64,000 nucleotides of DNA from the sequence record ON287376.1; one strand, given 5' to 3'. Shown in pieces: positions 58,049-64,000 of this stretch. The notes below the pieces were generated by a model, which worked only from the letters and a program-made list of their open reading frames with translations, was not told where the DNA came from and searched no databases. Within the stretch, counting starts at the first letter, position 1; the number at the start of each line of letters is the position of its first letter. Position numbers and translations under genes: made by a program.

Positions 58049-60277
58049 ATGTCCGCTAATATTCAGAACCCATTTAATCGTCCTGCGTCACACTACACGC
58101 GTAACATCGATGTCATTACAGGCTACATCGAACAGAATACTTTACTCCTCCATAAGTCAACTGGACTTCCGATGGATGAGTGTGAAGCTTTCGTAAGAGA
58201 AGAACTCTTCGAAGGCCCGAATAAAATGAAGGATCCTGAGTTCCTGTTATTGGAAAGGGACGACGAACTCGACCAGCATCCTAAAGCAGTGAAGTTTACT
58301 CAGTACATCAGTACAGTGACTTCAAACGGCTGGTTACTGGCACCTACCTTCACTACGGTACTACCACCGCACATCAAACAGTCTCTGCTTTCCGAATACA
58401 TCAAAGGAAACTTGAGCAAACGTTCCGCTGAGAAGCACTTGATGTTTGAAGCCGAGCGTAAAGGTAATGGTTTTAAAGCTACATTCCACAAGAACAACCA
58501 GAACAACAAAAAGATCCTGAACAACGCCATCTCTGGTAACCACCGTTCTGAGCACAGCCCGTTACATGACCGTAGTACTCACCCGGTGCTGACTTCGTGC
58601 TGTCGTATTGCTAACGGTAGCGCTAACTCCAACGATGATCGGCTGTTGTCCGGTAACCGTCACTATTGGAAGCCTGAAGTTGTACTGAACAATATCAGTA
58701 GTATCCTCAGCCTGAGCAATTGGGACGAAGTGGAAGAAGCGGTAGTGAAGCATAACCTCCATATCCCGACAGTGGATGAAGTTATGGAAGTTATCCGTTG
58801 GGGTAGTGACCTTTATTGGGGCCGCGGTAACCCTGACTCACCGGCTCACCGTACAATCCGTAAGTACGTAGAGGGTTGCACGGATATCGAGCGTGCAGGT
58901 ATTGTTTATACCGGCGACCTTTACCACTTACGTAAATACAACGAACCGTTAGTACGTGACTTCATCTCTGGTTTGGTTACTCCGGCTACTGAGATTGACC
59001 CTGATCATGAAGCGTGGCTGAAACACGTAGATGATGACACCATCGCACAGATGAAAGTTATGTTCCCACACATTCTCTTGGAAGAGGATCTTTGGGACGA
59101 CTACGAAGAAGTGAGTCAGCGTGAAGGCTTTGGTCTGATGGGCACAACGTGCAAACAGATCTACCAGAAGCTGGACAAGTATAAGGAGATCATCAACGTC
59201 TTCTTCATGTCTAAGAACATTCCGTTCCTGACTTGTGACTTCCCTCACTCCATCCGTCGTAGTGGTGTAGGTTCAGATACAGACTCCGCAATCTTTACGG
59301 TACAGGATTGGGTACAATGGTACTCTGGTCACAACCGCGTGAACCATGAGAACATCATCATAGCCGAATCTATGGGCTTCATTGTATCTCAAACCACAAC
59401 ACACAACCTGGCTAGCTTGGCGGGTAACATGGGTGTTGTAGAACCTAAAGAAGTATTCCGTCTCTCAATGAAGAACGAATACCTGTTCCCTATCTTTACT
59501 CTTACGTCTCGTGCTAAGCACTACTTTGCTAACATGGCGGTACAAGAGGGGGTAATCTTTAAGAAGTATAAACGTGAGAAGAAAGGTGTGGAGTTAATCG
59601 CATCTAACTCACCGGCCGGGGTACGTGCTGACCTTGATAGAATCATCGAGGAAATCACTGACCTGGCTACGGAAGATAAAAAGATTAACCTTGCTCGTTA
59701 CTTACGCTGGGTAGCTCGCTGGGAATACACCATTTACGATTCTATTCGTAACGGTGAAGTAACTTACCTGAAAGCTGCTCGTGTAAAAGAGGAAGATGGT
59801 TACGAAGGTGAAAACACCCCTTACCTGAACTATGAGTTGTGGCAGGAAGTGTTCGCACCTAAGTATGGTTTGATCGAACCGCCTCCGTATTCTGCTTTGG
59901 CGTTTAGCATTATTCATGACACCAAGAAGAAAACGGATAACTGGTTGAATACGTGGGAAGATCAGGAGATGGCGGGTCGCTTCCGTAAATGGTTAGCGTC
60001 TAAAGGGAAGGGTTACGTTGGCCGTATGTTGCTGCCTGAGAGTATCATTATCTCCATGGGTATTCCATCAGAGATTCTGGATGCAATCGACGTACGCAAG
60101 ATTATCGGTTCAGCAATGAGCCCGATGTACCTGGTCTTAGAGAGCCTGGACTACTATCTGTTTGACAGTAACCAGACTCGTCTTATCTTTGACCACATCG
60201 ACCGTGACGTAGCCTTTATGGACGTAGACCAAGTGGACTCAGCACTTCGGACTCAAGTAGCTGAAGAGTTCGATTAA
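58049..60277 (+). CDS. Family-B DNA polymerase, catalytic subunit (phiKZ gp50-like)
   Basis: KKILNNAISG (motif B), GSDTDS (motif C), KNEY, KHY, KKGVE. Confidence 0.92.
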   Translation: MSANIQNPFNRPASHYTRNIDVITGYIEQNTLLLHKSTGLPMDECEAFVREELFEGPNKMKDPEFLLLERDDELDQHPKAVKFTQYISTVTSNGWLLAPTFTTVLPPHIKQSLLSEYIKGNLSKRSAEKHLMFEAERKGNGFKATFHKNNQNNKKILNNAISGNHRSEHSPLHDRSTHPVLTSCCRIANGSANSNDDRLLSGNRHYWKPEVVLNNISSILSLSNWDEVEEAVVKHNLHIPTVDEVMEVIRWGSDLYWGRGNPDSPAHRTIRKYVEGCTDIERAGIVYTGDLYHLRKYNEPLVRDFISGLVTPATEIDPDHEAWLKHVDDDTIAQMKVMFPHILLEEDLWDDYEEVSQREGFGLMGTTCKQIYQKLDKYKEIINVFFMSKNIPFLTCDFPHSIRRSGVGSDTDSAIFTVQDWVQWYSGHNRVNHENIIIAESMGFIVSQTTTHNLASLAGNMGVVEPKEVFRLSMKNEYLFPIFTLTSRAKHYFANMAVQEGVIFKKYKREKKGVELIASNSPAGVRADLDRIIEEITDLATEDKKINLARYLRWVARWEYTIYDSIRNGEVTYLKAARVKEEDGYEGENTPYLNYELWQEVFAPKYGLIEPPPYSALAFSIIHDTKKKTDNWLNTWEDQEMAGRFRKWLASKGKGYVGRMLLPESIIISMGIPSEILDAIDVRKIIGSAMSPMYLVLESLDYYLFDSNQTRLIFDHIDRDVAFMDVDQVDSALRTQVAEEFD

Positions 60278-61313
60278 CGTCTACTCCGGTAATCCCATTG
60301 AAGTAGTTACCGTTCTTTAACCGATTGAAATAGCGATCGAGGTATTGAGCAACGCGGGTATTGTTCTGCGTCTTAGTCTCTTTACCTGCCCAGGCAAGGA
60401 ACGCCAGGTATCGCATATAAGCCAGGGTATAAATACCTAGGTTCTGTCGGTTGAAGAACGTATCCGGGATTCGCAGTTTATCTGCGAGGTTATCCAGGAA
60501 GATCAGAGGGATCTGAGCTGGCAAAGTAAGGAAGTCTTTGTTGGCAGTACGTAACCGATTGATCAAGTCGGCAATAACCGAATCTGCAGGTGTGTTTAAA
60601 TCCACGGAGGCCAGCCCAATTCGTTTGGGTTGGCTTACCATGGGTTTATGCTCCCATCTCGCTGCCAGACGGTTAAAGAAGCAGGTATCGATATCGCTAC
60701 TGATCATGTTCACCAATGGGTATTGATAAACGAACTGAGTAACCAGCGGTTTGACTTCGCTATATGCCTGGATATTAACTTTCCATTTAACAAACTGGAG
60801 AGCAAGTAAACCGATGTCCAATTCTAGGAAAGCACCAGCCTTACCGATCGGATAATCTTCGCCGTTACGAGTCTGCATGGTCAAGTCGGTAAAAGGATGT
60901 GATATTACCTTAATAGGTTCCAAGTCCATCCAGATGTCTGTCACGTCCAAATTGGTTGGGTAACGACGCTTGACGCAGATAATGAATTCTCGAACGCTTT
61001 TAGGGAAGAAAGAGTTCTTACTCAGCGCACCTGACAGTTGAACTTCATTGTTCAGCCCAAGTGCACGGATGATCTTATCAGCCTGGGTGTTAACACGGTA
61101 ATAAAAGTCTTCATCATTACCCAGGTACTGGACTGCTACGTGCTGAAGAACCTGAACCAGGATATGGTCTGACTCCACTGCGTGTACAGATTTACGGTAC
61201 CAGTATTTGGTACGAACCAAATTCGATTGAGCATTGTTCCTGAGGAGATTCATGGCGCCAGGCGTATAATCCCTGACGTTATCTGTCCTTAGGTCTTTGA
61301 ATATTTCGATCAT
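60216..61313 (-). CDS. Conserved phiKZ-like protein between the polymerase and chimallin (gp52-like)
   Basis: 365 aa; conserved syntenic position; TATGTA upstream on the minus strand (61349-61354). Confidence 0.7.
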   Translation of the reverse strand: MIEIFKDLRTDNVRDYTPGAMNLLRNNAQSNLVRTKYWYRKSVHAVESDHILVQVLQHVAVQYLGNDEDFYYRVNTQADKIIRALGLNNEVQLSGALSKNSFFPKSVREFIICVKRRYPTNLDVTDIWMDLEPIKVISHPFTDLTMQTRNGEDYPIGKAGAFLELDIGLLALQFVKWKVNIQAYSEVKPLVTQFVYQYPLVNMISSDIDTCFFNRLAARWEHKPMVSQPKRIGLASVDLNTPADSVIADLINRLRTANKDFLTLPAQIPLIFLDNLADKLRIPDTFFNRQNLGIYTLAYMRYLAFLAWAGKETKTQNNTRVAQYLDRYFNRLKNGNYFNGITGVDVNRTLQLLESEVLSPLGLRP

Positions 61314-61502
61314 CGTTTACCTCATGGGTAAAGGGTTAGGTAATTTTTTACATACGATCCATTAGATATGTAAAAGTAACTATTCCGATTGGAATTGTTG
61401 CTAGGTACGTATAATCTATTATATGTACAAACTATTCTTGGGTGCCTCGGGGTGCTCAGGTCGTACTATAGGCTATATAGCCGAAATGAAACTTTTTTCA
61501 CG

Positions 61503-61525
61503 TCTATATTCCTACTATGAAGATA
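61503..61525 (+). promoter_or_regulatory. Putative early promoter of chimallin
   Basis: tctatattcctactatgaagata, a variant of the window consensus. Confidence 0.55.
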
Positions 61526-61601
61526 AACAAAGATGTTTGTTCTTCAACTAATTACTTTCATTGCAATGAAACAATAAACAATGCTTTTAAGGAGCAAAAC
61601 A

Positions 61602-63434
61602 ATGAGTCTGTCTGACCAAAACGTTAACGAAGCTAAAAACACCCAACGCGCTGCAGCTGCACAGGGTCAACAACCTCGCGAACAAGCAGGCCGTCGTCTG
61701 AACACCAACATCTTCGAAAGCGGCCAACTGGTACAAGCCGGCGTTTCCGGTAACGAACTGACCACTTTCATCGAGCGCTTCAACGCTTATCACGACGCAA
61801 ACAAAGCTGCTCTGTCTGCCGGCGGTCAACTGACCTGGGCCGTAATCCCAGCATCTTCTGGCGAAACCAAAATGAAGCTGGATGCAGCTGTCGTTGTCGG
61901 TAAAGCCACTACCTCCGAAGGCGTGATCACCACTGCACTGACTCTGCTGTTCACCGGCGGCCAGCCTCTGCCGAAGCAAGTCGTAGAGATCAGCAACCGT
62001 AACGAGCGTCAGTACTCTGCCGTCGCGAACGATCAGTTCACTGAAGCGTATCAGAAAAAGCTGACCGAAATCATCAACCGCAAAGCGCCTTACATGGGCG
62101 AAGCTGAAAACATCGTTCTGATGGGCGCCGTGGCAGTAACCAACGCGCAACTGAGCGAAGCGAAGTGCGAAGACCTGATCATCTCCGCGGTGAACTCCGT
62201 CTTCGGTTACCTGGGCAACATGCTGCGTACCGAACACTTCTCTCTGACCGATGCGATCGACTCTCAGCGCAGCGAGTTCGTTTCTCGCGTGATCTACAAT
62301 CAGGGCGATGCCCATGACGAAATCACCGAGCGTCCTCGTCGTCGCGATCTGGCCGTCGAAGTATCTCTGGCAACCAAAGGTCAGCGTAACCGTGTGTCTA
62401 ACGCACTGGAAAACGCTGAAGGCGCAATGGACATCGCAACCATCGAAGGTTACGTTGATCTGCTGTTCCTGGGTCGTCCGGATGGTCAGCAACGTCGTTC
62501 TCGCTACCGTTCTCAGCGTGAAGAAGACGCAGCGCGTCAGATCTACGGTAAAAACCTGGTCATCACCCACATGAAGCACGAAGCTTCTCCTGAGCACCTG
62601 TGCCTGGCACTGGCCCAGATCCCTGTACTGATCAACGAAAACGTTCTGACCACTGGCCTGAAGCCAGCCGGCGACAACGCGAAACTGCGTACTCCGGTTG
62701 CTCTGACCTACGAGCTGGACGAAGAGTTCGAAGCAGTGCCGGACGTTCTGGACGATGCAGAGTGGGCTGACCTGACCGACGTAGTGATCCAACCGGATCA
62801 GAACTTCGTAACCGTACTGATCGACGAAACCGGCATCACCACCCAACAGCAGAAACTGCTGCTGCAAGCGACCGACCGCATGAACCCGAACCGTGACCTG
62901 TTCGCAGACATGCTGGTACAAGCGGCTGATAACCTGACCAAAGGCGCCTTCATGGAAAGCCTGGGCGCAGCGCGTATCAACCCGCTGGATATCGGCGAAC
63001 GTCAAGACCGTATCGTCCTGCTGGGCGAATGGACTGACGACCGTGGCCAAATCCGTTCTCTGACCGAAATCGACTACTACGCGATCCTGACTGCCTTCGG
63101 CCAGAAAGATCGTCGCATCGTAGAAGACTGGGATCGTTGCCAGAACGATGTAAGCCTGCCGATCGAAATCCGTCTGGCGAAAATGGAAGAGATCATCGAC
63201 CAATTCACCGGCGGTTCCTACCGCATCACCGGTCACGGTGTTCCAGTACTGGTTAACACCCAGTGGCTGTTCACTCTGACCAACGCCGCAGAGCGCGCTG
63301 GTATGGTTACTCAGGCTGACGGTATCTATCAGGATACTCGTTTCCGTCGTGGTTTCCAATCTCAGTACGCTACTTCCGGTTACGCCGGCAAAGCGTTCCG
63401 TATGCGTGGTACTGGTCGCAACGATTACTTCTAA
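61602..63434 (+). CDS. chmA: Chimallin, phage nuclear shell protein
   Basis: ~610 aa with extreme codon bias; lies between the gp52-like gene and the nvRNAP beta' gene; GEWTDDRG..RSL.EIDY motif; AAGGAG RBS. Confidence 0.9.
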   Translation: MSLSDQNVNEAKNTQRAAAAQGQQPREQAGRRLNTNIFESGQLVQAGVSGNELTTFIERFNAYHDANKAALSAGGQLTWAVIPASSGETKMKLDAAVVVGKATTSEGVITTALTLLFTGGQPLPKQVVEISNRNERQYSAVANDQFTEAYQKKLTEIINRKAPYMGEAENIVLMGAVAVTNAQLSEAKCEDLIISAVNSVFGYLGNMLRTEHFSLTDAIDSQRSEFVSRVIYNQGDAHDEITERPRRRDLAVEVSLATKGQRNRVSNALENAEGAMDIATIEGYVDLLFLGRPDGQQRRSRYRSQREEDAARQIYGKNLVITHMKHEASPEHLCLALAQIPVLINENVLTTGLKPAGDNAKLRTPVALTYELDEEFEAVPDVLDDAEWADLTDVVIQPDQNFVTVLIDETGITTQQQKLLLQATDRMNPNRDLFADMLVQAADNLTKGAFMESLGAARINPLDIGERQDRIVLLGEWTDDRGQIRSLTEIDYYAILTAFGQKDRRIVEDWDRCQNDVSLPIEIRLAKMEEIIDQFTGGSYRITGHGVPVLVNTQWLFTLTNAAERAGMVTQADGIYQDTRFRRGFQSQYATSGYAGKAFRMRGTGRNDYF

Positions 63435-63474
63435 GTAATAGTTCGGAAGTAATTGAAGTACTCCCGTAAGGGTG

Positions 63475-63506
63475 AGAAAGGGGGCGTTTGCCTCCTTTCT
63501 TTTTTT
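63475..63506 (+). terminator. Intrinsic terminator after chmA
   Basis: agaaagggggc-gttt-gcctcctttct followed by a T-run. Confidence 0.8.
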
Positions 63507-63535
63507 CTATCTTTTCAGAAAAGAGGGGAAAGTAA

Positions 63536-64000
63536 TTGGGTGTTTATCTGTTAAATCCGGACTATGACAGGGATATCGCAGCTCTGCCTCGTCCTCCAAT
63601 TATCCTCAATGATATCGACCCGGCGCATTATGAAGGTACTGATCCAGTCAAAGAACTGACCATGACCGAATATAGCGACGACTTCATTGAGACATTACCG
63701 GCGTGTGAGTGTGGCCACACCCATGGTCGGTATAATTCATCGAACGACCCAAGTATCCCTAACACGGTATGTCCGAAATGTCAGACTGAAGTGATGAGCC
63801 CAATCGATCGAGGGTTTAAATCTTCTGTGTGGCTGAGAGCACCTAACGGTGTTCGTGCGTTCATCCGTATCAATGCGTTGGTCATGTTGCTGAAGAACTT
63901 CACCCAGGAGAACTTCTCGGCAATTGAATGGCTCTGTAACACCAAATATAAGCCAACCAACGATACCAGTGCCACGTTCCGTCGGTTCAAAGAACTGAAC
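63536..64000 (+). CDS. Non-virion RNA polymerase beta' N-terminal subunit (phiKZ gp55-like), partial; not in ORF track
   Basis: TTG start, MGVYLLNPDYD...LPACECG...CPKCQTEV zinc finger; open to the window end; directly after chmA. Confidence 0.85.
   Translation, partial: MGVYLLNPDYDRDIAALPRPPIILNDIDPAHYEGTDPVKELTMTEYSDDFIETLPACECGHTHGRYNSSNDPSIPNTVCPKCQTEVMSPIDRGFKSSVWLRAPNGVRAFIRINALVMLLKNFTQENFSAIEWLCNTKYKPTNDTSATFRRFKELN

Noticed and set aside
36772-60277. Inteins or introns in the terminase or DNA polymerase
   Set aside because: Both ORFs are continuous with plausible lengths and show no intein motifs or embedded homing nuclease.

Overview
A 64-kb segment of a nucleus-forming (phiKZ-like, Chimalliviridae-type) jumbo phage genome. 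Core genes recognisable from motifs and synteny are the tail tube and sheath, three virion genes, the large terminase, the PhuZ tubulin, a family-B DNA polymerase subunit, chimallin (ChmA, nuclear shell) and the start of a non-virion RNA polymerase beta' subunit at the right edge. Accessory genes include an NAD-dependent DNA ligase, DHH and HAD phosphoesterases, a SpoT/Mesh1-like HD hydrolase, a CYTH enzyme, a LEM-3-like GIY-YIG nuclease, two lytic enzymes, a tailspike and an internal head protein. About nine TATAT(T/C/A)AC-type early promoters and many intrinsic terminators are present. No tRNA, CRISPR array, intron or intein was seen. The most unusual observations are: (1) a free-standing acidic 89-aa protein ending in a ribonucleotide-reductase-like redox tail (DDGDCEGCKI); (2) a tandem array of about 10 divergent same-architecture genes between phuZ and the polymerase, with an orphan copy elsewhere; (3) a proteasome/HslV-like Ntn-hydrolase translationally coupled to an apparently dead paralog; (4) two dispersed Cys-His-Asp paralogs; (5) a candidate ~320-nt structured ncRNA after phuZ; (6) an early operon of small membrane proteins and several microproteins missed by the ORF track. 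All family assignments come from motif reading and synteny by eye; no database searches were run. phiKZ gene numbers are from memory and should be verified.
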